Positions 11,374-24,910 of a DNA stretch of 55,451 bases are shown here, piece by piece. Numbering within the stretch: position 1 is the stretch's first letter; each line of letters opens with the position of its first letter. The position numbers and the translations under genes are program-made. This DNA is from Nemertoderma westbladi (taxonomy: Eukaryota; Animalia; Xenacoelomorpha), in the NCBI GenBank assembly GCA_032718475.1, contig JAUCBJ010001623.1:1-55451 (forward strand). The letters run 5' to 3'. A model generated the notes under the pieces. It had not been told where the DNA came from, made no database searches, and saw only the letters and a list, made by a program, of their open reading frames with translations.

Positions 11374-12193
11374 GTGTGATTAAGTCTGTGTGCAGTTAAA
11401 TTGGAACTAATGACATTCACAATTAGAACTACTGACGCTTGGTTTAGAACTACTGACGTGTGATTACTTCTGTGTGCTATTAAATTGGAACTAATGACAT
11501 TCACAATTATAACTACTGACGCTTTGATTATAACTATTGACGTATCCGGTTTAGAACAACTGACGCTTGGTTTAGAACTACTGACGTGTGATTATGTCTG
11601 TGTGCTATTAAATTGGAACTAATGACATTCACAATTAGAACTACTGACGCTTTGATTATAACTATTGACGTATCCGGTTTAGAACTACTGACGTGTGATT
11701 ACGTCTGTGTGCTATTAAATTGGAACTAATGACATTCACAATTAGAACTACTGACGCTTTGATTATAACTATTGACGTATCCGGTTTAGAACAACTGACG
11801 CTTGGTTTAGAACTACTGACGTGTGATTACGTCTGTGTGCTATTAAATTGGAACTAATGACATTCACAATTACAACTACTGACGCTTTGATTATAACTAT
11901 TGACGTATCCGGTTTAGAACTACTGACGTGTGATTAAGTCTGTGTGCTATTAAATTGGAACTAATGACATTCACAATTATAACTACTGACGCTTTGATTA
12001 TAACTATTGACGTATCCGGTTTAGAACTACTGACCCTTGGTTTAGAACTACTGACGTGTGATTACGTCTGTGTGCTATTAAATTGGAACTAATGACATTC
12101 ACAATTACAACTACTGACGCTTTGATTATAACTATTGACGTATCCGGTTTAGAACTACTGACGCTTGGTTTAGAACTACTGACGTGTGATTAC
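11374..12193. repeat. Minisatellite with 84/128/107/128/107/128/128-bp units built from ~21-bp subrepeats
   Basis: Unit starts (GTGTGATTA) at 11374, 11458, 11586, 11693, 11821, 11928, 12056, 12184. Confidence 0.93.
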
Positions 12194-13533
12194 TAGTGTT
12201 GAGAACTGAATCAATTTTGACTAATTTCAGTTACAGTTACAGTTTCAGTATTCAAAGTTTTGCATTTCAGTTACAGTTACAGTTTCAGTATTCAAAGTTT
12301 TGCATTTCAGTTACAGTTACAGTTTCAGTATTACATAGTGTAACATTTCAGTTACAGTTACAGTTTCAGTATTACAAAATTGAGCATTTCAGTTTCAGTT
12401 TCAGTTATAGATTCAATATATATGATCTCACGTAGTAAGTAGTCATCTGAAACTTAAAATGAGGCACTTTAATATATTACTGTTATATACGCTAATAATA
12501 ATGTTCATTACGAAACGTCCTCTTTCTAGAGCTAATAGGTAGTTGTTGTAGGAAAGTTGGACCCACGCTATGGTAATATTTTGTAACTCATATACTGATA
12601 GTATGTAATGAAAGTGGCACGTCACAAGATCACACTAAAGGAACCCACATTTTACTGTACATCTTGTTTCAGTGCTTGTACACTTATTGTTATCATTTAT
12701 TGTTTTGGTTATAAAGCCATGCTTCTGAATCCTGCTCATTTTCCTTAATTCGTAATTTGTTTTAGTAATCATATATTTATTGTTTTGGTTAGACCCACCT
12801 CGATAAGCTGCTCCTTTCACTTTTAAGTTTAATTTTGTAATTTATAATGATAAACTTGATCAAAATTTAATTTCCAGTGTGCCTCTAGTGTGATTGTGAT
12901 ATTAATAGTACCGGTAAAAACATTAATAATTAATAATGTAAAATATATATCCGTTAATATCCCTCTACCATTAGAGCCTAACTTTTCTTTGTTTATCTAA
13001 AACATTTACATTTAATATGAAGCAAAAGTGGTGATAAGGTCTGATAATAGTCTAATAGTTGAGTCCGATGAACATAGACTATATGCTAGATCTTCGTTCA
13101 CTACTTGACTCTCCAAATAAATCACATTTGAGCTAAGTGGGCAATGGGTCTTTGATTTAATATTGTGTAATATTATGGTTTTGTTTAGAAGTGGAAAAAA
13201 CGAGTTTGTTTTTTATAACAATGTTTTAAAAATGATACCTATGGTAACCACTGTTATTCATTTATTAAACTATACTCTATACTTTATTACAATACTGTTT
13301 TAAATGCTTATTCATGTTAATTGTGTGATTGAGAACTGAATCGGATTTTGTTAATTTCAGTTTCAGTTTCAGTTACAGTATTCAAAATACGTAATTACAG
13401 TTTCAGTTACAGTTACAGTATTCAAAGTTCGCAATTACAGTTACAGTTATAGTTACAGTATCAAAAAAATCATCAAAACCATTCAGTTACAGTTGCAGTT
13501 ACAGTATAATTACAGTTACAGTTCTCAACACTA
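12194..13533. mobile_element. hAT-like non-autonomous element with subterminal (CAGTTA/CAGTTT)n arrays
   Basis: Perfect 15-bp TIR TAGTGTTGAGAACTG / CAGTTCTCAACACTA; no clear TSD. Confidence 0.7.
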
Positions 13534-13599
13534 CCGATAAGTGCTGTCTAGACCTCAGTAATGAGACTGTGAAGATCCGGTGTGGTGCGCAAACCCTCC

Positions 13600-14710
13600 C
13601 AAAGAATTATTATATTGCAAAGTGAACCGGGGAGAACTCTGGATCAGGGAGCTTTGGATTGTAAACTCCAGAACAGTGTTCCGGTACTTGACTTACAGCC
13701 ATTACTGACAGATCAGGCGTCTCATACAAATTATAGATAATGCCACCTGAGGCATAATTTCCAACGTGAAGAAGACTACGAAGCATCTTCCTATGATATG
13801 CGTCCACATCTTTGATGTCCGATTTATTCAGTGCTCCAGAATTGTAACAATTTTTGTATAATATTGATGGTATAGAGTAATAGATAGCTATAGATTTCAA
13901 GAGCTTAGCAATGCACCCATCATCGTATCGTTAAGAGGTCCATCTTTGATTGTGGAAGATTTCAGAGTGAGTGGCTATCGACTTGATGATTTTAGCCTTG
14001 TGACTTGATTTTGTCTTATTTTGAATCCCAAGAAAGAGATTGTTCTGAGGCATTTGTTAGATGTCCATTGATGGAGAGCATGTCACTGACTAAAGACGAT
14101 TTGCCAGGGGAAAAGACTTTCCAATTTGTCTTCGGATTGTCAATCTTAAGATTATTAAGTCGTCCGAGTGACAAAACTATTTCACTGGCCATCTTTTCCA
14201 TAGCAGAAGTAGAGGCACTAATCATGATAATGTCATCCGCATAGGAGAAGGCCGCTGTTATTTTCTAGCGCTCTGTTAAAGACTTCAGATATAAATTAAA
14301 CAATGTTGGGGGTAATAGCGACTGTTTCAGTCCCACATACAGCTTTATTCCCTCTGACGATATGAGATTTACCGGTGCGAACGTAGCTGCACATGTACTA
14401 GAGTAGCTGAGCAGCAACCTTGCTAGTTGCTATATAAGGATTAATTTCCGTTTCCTCCAGTAGTTTACTGATTATCAGTGTTATATCAACAGAGTCAAAG
14501 GCTGCTGCAACGTCCATCTGTGTAACTAGATCCCCCAACAACATAATATTGTATAAGCTGCAGAATCGAAGCAATCGCCATGTCAGTCCCAATTACCTTA
14601 CGGTATGCACACTGTGCTTAAGCTGGAACATATTTGAAAGATGTTCCGTGATGATGATTTGTTCCATGAGTTTTCCAAATATAGAGATTGAAGATATTGG
14701 GCGGTAAGAG
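13600..14710 (-). pseudogene. Old, heavily decayed non-LTR retrotransposon reverse transcriptase
   Basis: Minus-strand remnants YRPISSISIFGKLMEQII, QMDVAAAFDSV, LLPPTLFNLY, SYADDIIMI and DAYHRKMLRSLL in RT order, with many frameshifts. Confidence 0.85.
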
Positions 14711-14982
14711 GTGGTCATCTGTCGACGAATACACGACGAAACAGAACTTTTTAATCACCATGTAAACGCGAGATGGCGTCAGAATATGTAAAAAATTATT
14801 TTTTAAATATTTATTTTATTTTTTATCATATTTTCATTGCCTTGGCTGCTTAAAATAGTTAACTTTCCCAATTAGAAGGAATAAGAAACATTTTAAAAAT
14901 CTGTATATTTTTACCATTATTGGCAAGTTGATCCTAAATCATAATAAGATATCATCCTAAGTTGATTCCTTATTGCTTACAG

Positions 14983-16332
14983 GTCCAGTACCGAATGCAC
15001 CCATTCCTAAGTACCTTCCCCAGCAACATCTTCTACGAGGGATCGTTGCAGAACGGTGTCACGGCCTCCGACCGCCGTAACAAAGCCATCGACTCGGTGT
15101 GGCCAGTGCCCGATAAACCGATGTTCTTCTACACCTCGATGGGCCACGAGGAGATCGCATCGAGTGGAACCTCCTACCTCAACCGAACGGAAGCGGCGAA
15201 CGTGGAGAAAATCGTAACCAAGTTCCTCAAGGCGGGTATCAACCCCGATCAGGTCGGTATTATCACCCCGTACGAAGGGCAGCGAGCCTACATGGTACAG
15301 TACATGGCCTTCAATGGTAGTCTACACGCGAAGCTCTACCAAGAGATCGAGGTTGCTAGTGTCGACGCCTTCCAGGGACGCGAGAAGGATTACATAATCC
15401 TGTCGTGCGTCCGCGCCAACGAGCATCAAGGGATCGGGTTCCTTAACGATCCGCGTCGGCTGAACGTCGCCTTAACACGCGCCAAGTTCGGCGTCATCAT
15501 TGTGGGAAACCCTAAAGTTCTTGCGAAACAAGCGTTATGGAATCATTTGCTTAACTTCTATAAGGAACAACACGTTCTTGTTGAGGGAGTTCTTAGTAAC
15601 CTGAAAGAGTCGATGATTCAGTTTGCGAAACCGCGGAAGCTCGTTAACGCGAATAACCCCGGAGCCAACTTCATGTCGTTCGCGATGTTCGACGCCCGAG
15701 AGGCGATGGCGGCGCCGCCCTACGTGGCCGCCCAGACCGGAGGTTTCCCTTCCTACCCCGCGGGTTTCCATGCCAACAGCACCTCCAACACGCTGTACTA
15801 CCCGCACGACCAGATGGGTCTCATCTCGATGGAGCAATCCCGCGTGGCCGGGGTCAACATGCCGATCCCCCCGGGTATGTTCCTCCCGATGCCGCAAGGG
15901 GCGTTCCTGGGTTCGGCCCCGCCGCAGTTCCACCCGGTTGCGGGTTCCTCGATGGGGCACGGCGGGGCGAAGTACCCGATGGGTGGGCCCCCGGTCTACC
16001 AAGCGCCCTACCCCAACTACCGGTCTAATCGGGGCGGGGGTAGGGGGGCGAGGCGTGGAGGAAGGGTGGACGTTCCCCCGAGGCATCAACAACATCACGA
16101 TGACCACGGGGACGGCACTCAACCCCTCAGTCAGCAGGGGCCGCTCACTCAGGGTCTGTCGATGAGTCAACAAATGGGAAGTCAGATGAGTCAACCCGGG
16201 TTGAGTCAGGGCGACCTCAGTCAAGATAGTTACCTAGGAGACGAGTACAAATCGCAAGCCGATATGCTCTTGTCTCAAGATTCCACCTACCAAGGTGACC
16301 GGTTGTACACGCATTTCGGGTCCCAGTTGTAG
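14983..16332 (+). CDS. UPF1: Regulator of nonsense transcripts 1 (UPF1), terminal coding exon only (RecA2 domain plus SQ-rich tail)
   Basis: Acceptor TTGCTTACAG|GTC, phase 0; [25 protein letters not shown]-like [32 protein letters not shown], and LSQD/SQ phosphorylation motifs; intact to TAG. Confidence 0.96.
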   Translation, partial: VQYRMHPFLSTFPSNIFYEGSLQNGVTASDRRNKAIDSVWPVPDKPMFFYTSMGHEEIASSGTSYLNRTEAANVEKIVTKFLKAGINPDQVGIITPYEGQRAYMVQYMAFNGSLHAKLYQEIEVASVDAFQGREKDYIILSCVRANEHQGIGFLNDPRRLNVALTRAKFGVIIVGNPKVLAKQALWNHLLNFYKEQHVLVEGVLSNLKESMIQFAKPRKLVNANNPGANFMSFAMFDAREAMAAPPYVAAQTGGFPSYPAGFHANSTSNTLYYPHDQMGLISMEQSRVAGVNMPIPPGMFLPMPQGAFLGSAPPQFHPVAGSSMGHGGAKYPMGGPPVYQAPYPNYRSNRGGGRGARRGGRVDVPPRHQQHHDDHGDGTQPLSQQGPLTQGLSMSQQMGSQMSQPGLSQGDLSQDSYLGDEYKSQADMLLSQDSTYQGDRLYTHFGSQL

Positions 16333-17137
16333 AGCGAGAGATCCCCGAGAGTTTCCGCGCGGCTATGGAACGCGCTCGTTTGCGGAGTTCTAGAAGGCGA
16401 GATGATCATAAGAGATGCGCTGGTTTGCCAATAGAAGATCTGATCTGGTCAATTCATCCCATCCCATCAAAGTAGACTAAGTTTACCCGCTACGATCGTT
16501 ATTATTGCTAATGTGGCTTGTTTTGATTGATGCGAAGGGTTCAACGGTTTCTCCTTTTCTTGTGTGTAGGGACTTAATAATAATTCACTGACTTGTAATT
16601 GTAGTTATAGTTGTATTGCTGTTAATGTAACTGCGGGCGATATGGTGCCGGGTGTGTTAGATTTGTGTCTCACAGATTTACTTACTTAGATCACAATTAT
16701 TCAATTGGAAGTTACAACAGATGTTATAACTCAGAACTTGAGAATTCTCACACTATATGGTAATTCTAAAACTATTTTCCAAAATTTTAATCATTTCAAA
16801 TGAATTATCGTACATTTCAGTTTAACTTTAAATGTTTGTGCAAATTTTGTGTTTGTGGTGGCCAGCCAACCCAGAAGTGCCGTTGTTTGCTGAACTATTT
16901 ATGGATATTAACTAATTTATTAATCAGAATTATTTATTTATTTTGTAAACATTAATTCGTAAACCGAAAAATGTAACTATACAAGCAAAAGTAAAGCAGA
17001 GAGAGGCTATTAAACCAAGTTTTCATGATTATAGTAAAACATGGTTGTTACGTCGTCTTGCTTAGGTTACCTCATAAACAATGATAATAAATAGTAAATA
17101 ATTTTATTCTTAAAGAGTTGCTTTTTCGATCGAATAG

Positions 17138-18450
17138 ACCCCAAAATCGGGAGAAAATGGACTGTTTTGTGTTTTCTCTAGGGAAAAACTTAACCCATAG
17201 GATTGCATTGATTTTACTGTTTTCCCATCGAAAAAAGTAAAATAAAATATTTTTGGTGGAATTTCTTGATTTTCTTATTATGTCTTGAAATCGCATCGAC
17301 ATAGAAAAGGTTTGAAAGTAATTTGAGCAAAATCCATTCACACACTCAAAAGTTATTGCAACTTCAGTGTCTGCGCGGCGTCCACCAAAACGGAACTCCA
17401 TATCCAATATTGGTTTATGTTGTTAATAGAGTTGCAACGGGATCCCGATCCCGATGGAAAAATATCGGGATTTTTCGGGATTTGCCATGTCTGAATTTAT
17501 ATGCCCTGCAGCTTAAAATTTGTAAAATTGTATAAAAATGTAGACCTACAATTTTTTCCAATAATAGAAACAAAATTTTTTGTCAAAAACAAAAATAATG
17601 AATATTAAAGTAAAAGTATAGGTAACTGGTTTGCTTTTACAACTGCCTACAATGCTACAGAGACATATATACATGAATGTCTATATATATATATTATAAA
17701 TAATAGAAGGGACCTTTATATGACACTTGATATATTAAAAATGTTCTATAAATTATATTAAAAACGTGTGTAATGAAATTTATGTGGGAAATAAATTAGG
17801 TCTGTGAACCATTTGGACATTTTTACATATCTAAGCATTTTTTAGTTCATGAGATTTGAGATTTCTCGAAAGATTTTTACTCATAAAAAGAGGGCAGGGT
17901 AAATAGCTATTTTAAGTTTTGGATGAGTATGTCCGCAATAAAATTAAAAATCCCGAAAATTATGGATCCCAATCCCGTTGCAACACAAGTTTAGTTACGC
18001 GGCTCTCTAGTTACGTAATAAATATTCGATAACACAATTATTTAACATTGCATTGAGTAAGGCAACATCAGGTGTTGAAGGGGGCAATAATTGGAATCGC
18101 AGTAACTATGGAAGCAATATAGTAAAATACTATAGTTCAATTTGTTTTGTAACACTATATCGCTCTATATTATATTCAAGAATTAAACAACAAAATAATA
18201 GCAATTTTATACGTATTACATGGGAAAAAAACAAAATAATACCAATTTTATACGTATTACATGGGAAAAAAACAAAATAATACCAATTTTATACGTATTA
18301 CATGGGAAAAAACAAAATAATATCAATTTTATACGTATTAAATGGGGAAATAGTAGACTTTTTTCAAGCTATTATCGCGGTATTTCTTTAGTGTTAATGA
18401 AGGGTCGAGGAGAATATTGAAACAAATTTTTACTTTTTTCCCCATGTAAT
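17138..18450. mobile_element. Dispersed repeat (second copy at ~46909-47570), with a nested insertion and 41-bp tandem repeats at ~18190-18350
   Basis: Long collinear similarity to 46909-47570, e.g. GTAATTTGAGCAAAATCCATTCAC...AAAACGGAACTC. Confidence 0.8.
17427..17988. mobile_element. hAT-like MITE nested in the repeat above
   Basis: TIR TAGAGTTGCAACGGGAT / ATCCCGTTGCAACACAA; absent from the 47190 copy (GTTGTTAA|GCGGCTCTCT); degenerate TSD GTTGTTAA / GTTTAGTTAC. Confidence 0.8.
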
Positions 18451-20137
18451 AAGTATAAATATATTTCGACCTAATATCTACTTGGTATACACATCCACCC
18501 ATAGCCGTAGTTATTAAAGACTTGGTTAATGTCGATGAAATTTACTAAAAGTAGAACTTTTTCTACATTTATATTCTATCAATTTCATTTATAATTAGAA
18601 AAATTTAACGGAAAATATCTCACAATTTTTTTAAACAACAAATGTATCATTATGCAGTTTTTCGTGAGCTGTCGTTCCGTTATTAAAGATAGGATATGGC
18701 ACGTAACACTTTAATGAATTTAATGTCCACAATTATGGTCAAGTTGTAACATTTGAACCGCTAAACGGATTTCTGTCATTCAAGTATCGTTCGAAATCTA
18801 ATTTTTTGATCTTTAACAGATTATGATTTGTAAAATTGTAGCACATATTTAATTCTACACAACATGAGAAATTAAATTCCAAATTCATATAAAAGTAGAC
18901 TTATCAATAAAGTTTGTGTTGTTTTGGAATAGGTCGCGTCATAATAGATCGAAAATGAAGAATTAAAAACAAGATTATGCAAATATATTACATACCTAAC
19001 CTAACCTATGTGATCCTCATATAATTTGAAGTTCAGTAAAACGTCTGGTAAAACGGGGGTAACGTCTTAAACAGACCTGCAGACAGATAAATTTAATTTG
19101 TTATAGTACAAAACTTGATTAAAACATAACCGCGTAAAATAATAAAGCTAAGAAAATTTCTTAGCTTTATAATAAATCGAATTATAATAATAGAAATATA
19201 TAATTGACTTGACTTCTTCGCACTCAAACATAGGAGTCAGACAGACAGGCAGCGGTTGAAACATCAGTTCCCCTTTACTAAGCTTGCTTACTTTGTGGCT
19301 CGCCCCCCACCACTTTGTTGGATATCGTCCTTCTCAATATTTTCAAACTGTTGTGCATTTTTGATAAATAATATGTATGTATGTAGGCTACCCAACTCTC
19401 AATATACATTTTTACAGGAATTATTCTGTGAATTTTCCGCCATTTTCCCCCCATTTTATTGTTTTATTGATCCTGTTGCTGGGCTCTTCCTATTATTTAT
19501 TCGTGTTTCATCCATCATCATCTATCTATTAATATGCATAGCTTACCGGTAACTATTGTCGTTTCTGAACACATTTTATTACCCTTAAAAATTTATGCTC
19601 ATTAAGTTACGGGTGTAGGCCTACAATTACGGGTTATTATTTATACACATTGGCATCGGACGCCAGTAATTATAGAGCTCACCCTCTGGTCACCTAGAAG
19701 TGGATATTGATAGACCATGTTGAGTGTGATAGTGTTGTTAACTGTATATCAGCCCAATTATAATAGTGGTAAACATTTTGGCATTAATGGTTCTCTAATA
19801 ACCTTATTGAATAATACAACACTCATACTTGATTTATCCCACAATGTTAATTATTATATTATTATACTTTCTGCCGGTTCGGCCAACTAACTGTGTACTT
19901 GGTTGTTCTCATAGGCCCATATTTAGCGTGTATTCTGTTCGACAAATTAACTCTGCGGGCTATTTTATGTTGATAATCTTAAAGTAATGTAATGAATTCG
20001 CATAGACTTTGTTTGGGAATAATGCCGTATTGTTTGTTGAAGACCAAAGGGGCACTTGAATGTCTATGCACATAATAAAAATATCATTGTATAGTAATAT
20101 ATGTTAAAATTATTAATGACCAGAAAAGACAGATAGA

Positions 20138-20220
20138 TGGGGGGGGGGGGGGACTCTGGACGCAATTAAAATTCATCCCTCCCCAGGGGAAAATTGACGC
20201 AATTAACAGGGCGGTGATTA
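20138..20220 (+). repeat. Poly-G-containing dispersed repeat; inverted copy at ~55300-55390
   Basis: Gn-CTGGACGCAAT.AAAATTCATCCCT..CCAGGGGAAA is shared between the two loci. Confidence 0.7.
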
Positions 20221-22467
20221 CTCTCACAAATAAAACTGTAACCTGTTATATTGACTTTCGTTTATTGTTTTGGTTAGAATATCGTGCCACTGGAAGCAAC
20301 TTATTTTCCTTAAATGGTAATTTAACATTGAGACGAGATATTCATTCATTTCATTTCATAAAACTCCCGGCCGAACCGGTATTATATTAGATAATTAATG
20401 AATTCATCAGTAATTATTAATTCGCCTAGATCGTATCTGCGTCAGAAGAGACTAAACCTAGCAAAATATTTGGTTATTTCGATATAAAGTTATTCTATTA
20501 ACAAAATCCCCTCATATTTCTTCCATTTTGTTGACCATATTGGTTCGGCGCACTGATTTGATCTGAAATCATCATTAATTTCCAGTTGGGTTGTTCCAAA
20601 CTCATTACGAAACTGTGTTTGTTTTATACCTATCATAGGATTTTCTTTGTGGTGAATACTGCTTTTTAGTTTTAATTTATCTCAGTTGCGCCTCGACGAA
20701 TTTAGTGTCAGACACCAGTATACTCTAACACCCCATTATACTTATTTATCAAGAAGGCAACTAAACGGTTATACCTTCCCCATTAAAATAGTCATTATCC
20801 TTTATGACCGATATAATTAGACAATTATACACATATAATACGGCCGTCTTTTCGCCCCCCTCCCCGCGTACCCAATTCAAAGTAAAATGCTATCGCCATT
20901 ATCTACCTAAGTGAAAATCGAGTCGGGCGATTCGGGCATCATTTAAAAATCTCCTACAAATATTGCTGACGCACTAAACGAAAAAGGTGGATAAATTTTT
21001 GATTGGTTTTCAATTTTCTCAAATAATAATGGCTCTAAAGTAAACGATAAAAGCTTAATTAGCCAACGTACCGCCGGGAGATTCCGGTTTTATAATGACT
21101 AGCTAGTTATGCCGACTAATTCGATGCGTTTTGAATGGCTCCACATATGAATGCTACCCATGATTTCGTGATATCCTGCGGGGAGGTGTAGGTGAAAGAT
21201 TGCAGATGGGATTCTGTTTAGCTTAAGGCAAACTGTCGACACACGCGAGTTGACTTTTGATCACTACTGTCTGACCCTTTGATTGATTCTGACTCGCAAT
21301 AATTATTGTAGGCCTACGTGGCACGTTTTATTCCATAACGTTAAGAAGTTATAAAATTGAAACCTTCTGTATGTACAGAAAAAAACGTTGACAATATTTG
21401 CTAAAATGAACGAACGTGCCAATATTAGAGAGAACATTGCACCTCCTATAGAGTATCTGTTTCAAACAAACCCAATCATTAATAATTGTATCCCCAAGTT
21501 GGTCATTTTCATTGCATGATATTTGTTACAAAAGTAATAGATCAATCTCACATTTGCTGGGATGCTCGGGCTTGCAGCAATACCCAAAGTACCTTCACCT
21601 TACCTTCGGGAGTCCCAAAAGACAATACGTCAAAATATAGACATCTTCACTCTTCAGTAGCAAAGTTGGTGCCATAATACAGTACAAAATATATTAAAAC
21701 TGATGCAACGCAAGCTTTCTACAGTATGATATGAAAAAAATTACGACTAATGTGAAGAATGCGGAGGGAGACTACGGAGGGTGCGCTTTCGCAAAAAACA
21801 CTTTTTTAAAACGCTTATAAAAAAAATTAAAGGCAAAATCGAAAATTCCGGCTTCATGGGGTCATCGACGGTGAGTTGAACTAGTTGTGTTTCAAATTTC
21901 AAGCAATATGATAAAGATTTGTAGAAAAATCTGTGTCATCAGAAAATGATACTATATTACAGGTCATGGTGTAATTAGGTTCTACAAACCTATAATACAG
22001 TTGATTTCAAAGCCTTTCTCGTTTCGGCATAATTAATATCAAGTTCGAAGTGGATGCCACATCAATTTATTATGTCATTAATAGAGCCTAGTGATACTAA
22101 ATACATAATATTGCAATATTTGAACAATAAGAAATATGTAGCTACTACATTTAAGACGTCCATAGAGCTCGGCGTTAACATTATAGCCATACTATTATAG
22201 CATTGGAAACCTGGTTGAATTTTATCGAGCCCTCGTTAGATTTAGTAATGTTAGACAATTTCTGCGGCGGCCTGTTGAATAATATGAAAATTGGCATAAT
22301 TTTCTAACAATTTGCAAGTATTTAAACGAAATTTAATGGCTAAACTTAACTTATACCAGTATGTTAAGGCTTCGCTCACTACGTTGCTCGCACCACAAAG
22401 ACACCATGGGTGCCCTACGATTGCTAACAGAAAAAAAAACAAAATTAAAAAATATTTACAGCACAAA

Positions 22468-24157
22468 TTAGTTTATCGTTGAAACAACATCAACATTAAT
22501 ATTCATGCTATCAGTGTCTTCTTTGTCATTGTCGTCCGCAGATGTTATTAAGGGCGACCTGTTATCACCTTCCGTGTTGTCGGCGGCATGACAATCGTCG
22601 GAATTCGCCTCCTCGTTGTGAGTTTCTATGTGTTTGTTCAGATGATCGGCGCGCATGAACCGTTTACTGCAGACCGGACACGCGAACCGTTTGTCACCGG
22701 AGTGCGTCCGTAAATGCCGTTGAAGTTCATCGGACCTGTTACCAAATATAATAATTTATTTAAATAGTCTGAAAATAATAATTTTGTACACGAAAATTTG
22801 CGGCTCAGTTTGGATTTTATTTCCGGTAGAAGTTACGACGTAAGATCATCTCTAGTTTTCTTTATTTTTTCTAATTTAACTTTAAAATAAAATACTGGTC
22901 ATTTTAAGTAAAGTAAAATGTGAATATATTTTGCATTATTGAGCGTTAACTTGAACAACGATGCAACGTTGCCTTTTGTCAAACTGACCTATTGATTCGA
23001 AGCTTTTTGTAAAAAAAATTTATAGAACAAATGGTAATGGTATAGTATTCGTTCGGTATAGGACCCTAAACATTTCGTTATTAAAAGCTGTATTCATTTT
23101 TTACTTTTTTAATTTTACAAAAATTAATTTAATTAACAGATAATTTGATTTAACTCCGCGAACATCCAACTAACCTTGTGAAACGTTTTCCGCAGAATAA
23201 CCAATTGCATACGAAGGGCCTCTCCCCAGTGTGCCACCGGAGATGGGCCTTAAGATGCGAGGATTTATTGTAGACCTTGCCGCAGCCGGGGATGTGACAG
23301 CTGTGCATCGGCTTCCGTCGGAAGCGATGCCCGAACTCGCCCATCCGCTCCGCCTCCTGGCAGTTGGGGCAGTCGCAGTTATTGGGGCGAGCCGACGAGG
23401 TTGTCCGACCTCGACAGGTCTCCAACTCGGCCAACGCGAATGACCCCCGCATCTCCGGCTGTTGCGAGCCCCTCTGCAGGAGGCCTTCGCTGCTGTCTAG
23501 ACCTTGAAGTTGAAGCGACGGCGACATTCCTAAACCCAATAAATTGTTTGGATACTGCGGTAAGAAATTATATAAGGTGGGTTGGGTGGGAAGTAAATTG
23601 GTTTTGTTCGATTGCAGATTGTTGTGGGGGGAAAATGTTGAAATCGGGGGAATTAATAAAGAGTTTGAAGAAGTTGAGGAGGGTATGAGGGAGCGTTGGG
23701 TGGAGACTGCGGATAGGTGTTGGAGAAGACTCTGCCGCAGATGCAGATCCAACAAAGAATATGGAGTGGATGACTCGAGATCTTGTCGCTGAGGGTTGTT
23801 GACGTTAGGGGGTTGCAACTTGGGTATCGGGAGGTTGTTCGAGGTTAGAGCGCGGTAATTCAGCCAAGGGAGCATGTTGAGAGGGTTGTCGGCTCCGGGT
23901 TGGATTTGTGAAGCGATCGTGCGTGGCGCTCCTACGTGAGCGCTCACCGCAGGAAACTGGACCGATTCGGCGTTTATTCTAGAACCTGTGGGAGTTAGAT
24001 CAATGATTGCGTCTGGTGATTTTATTGGATGAATTTTTTCAGTATCGATTTTTGGTGATTTTTTCGGGGTTGCTAACTCTGATTTGTCCAAATTTCTCCA
24101 CGGCTGAAATGAAATCTGGCATGGGCCTTCATCTGCCGCACGCTTTCCCGGAACCAT
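22468..24157 (-). CDS. Sp6-9: Sp6-9 (Sp8/Sp9-like) zinc-finger transcription factor; exons 24157-23175 and 22735-22468, ~416 aa
   Basis: Btd box [13 protein letters not shown] and three C2H2 fingers ([10 protein letters not shown]..., [12 protein letters not shown]|[17 protein letters not shown]). A phase-2 GT-AG intron at 23174-22736 restores finger 2. The start codon is uncertain. Confidence 0.93.
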
Positions 24158-24910
24158 AGTAACAAAGTAAATAACCTTCGTATTTAACTTTTAATTAACT
24201 TAATCTAACGTAAACAATATTTGTATAAATCATGTACACATAAATGGAAGAAACAGTGTGAAAGGTTAATCAACTATTCATTCGAATGGCGTATTCGTAT
24301 GAGTCAGTCAGTGAATCAACTTGTTAACTTCAAACAACATTCGTTCAGTTTGGTAGGTTCATTAAAAAAAGAGCAACCCTTTCAAGTAAACGATATTTTA
24401 GTATTTTCTTCATAAACATTTAACAGATAACCTTGTTATAACTGATCTACTGACATCGTTGCATGCACGCCCTCACCAGTAAATCCACCAATCATATGCC
24501 TTGCCTTGCGATGTAACAACCAATCCTACGACGCAGATAAAGCTAGTTCCAGCTCGATCGGCCAATAGCAACTTCAAACCCCCAATACGCCCTAATGTCA
24601 GCCTATTAAGTGGATTTTGGGCCCTCATTATAGTGGAACTAATTGTACCTCAAGGCATAAGTTTATGGAGAGTGACAAAGAAAACAAACGAGACAATGGA
24701 GCACAATCTGGCCATTTCGGGATGCAAATAGCAATAGCTTTGTTCGGTTCTCAAGGCCCAAAAGGTTATGCTTCACTCACTGGCACCTCCTCCACACACG
24801 GTGAAAATATTGCAACAGATCAATGAGACGAGGACTTATCCACAAAAATAAGTAACCAAATATATTTTTATAAATATATTTTTAGCCTATATTTTTCCTT
24901 TACGGCAAAT

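Noticed and set aside
11374-12193. CRISPR-like repeat/spacer appearance
   Set aside because: The intervening sequences are themselves repeated, there are no unique spacers or cas genes, and the context is eukaryotic.
15535-16224. 229-aa antisense and 180-aa alternate-frame ORFs over UPF1
   Set aside because: Expected shadows of GC-rich codons; no recognisable motifs.
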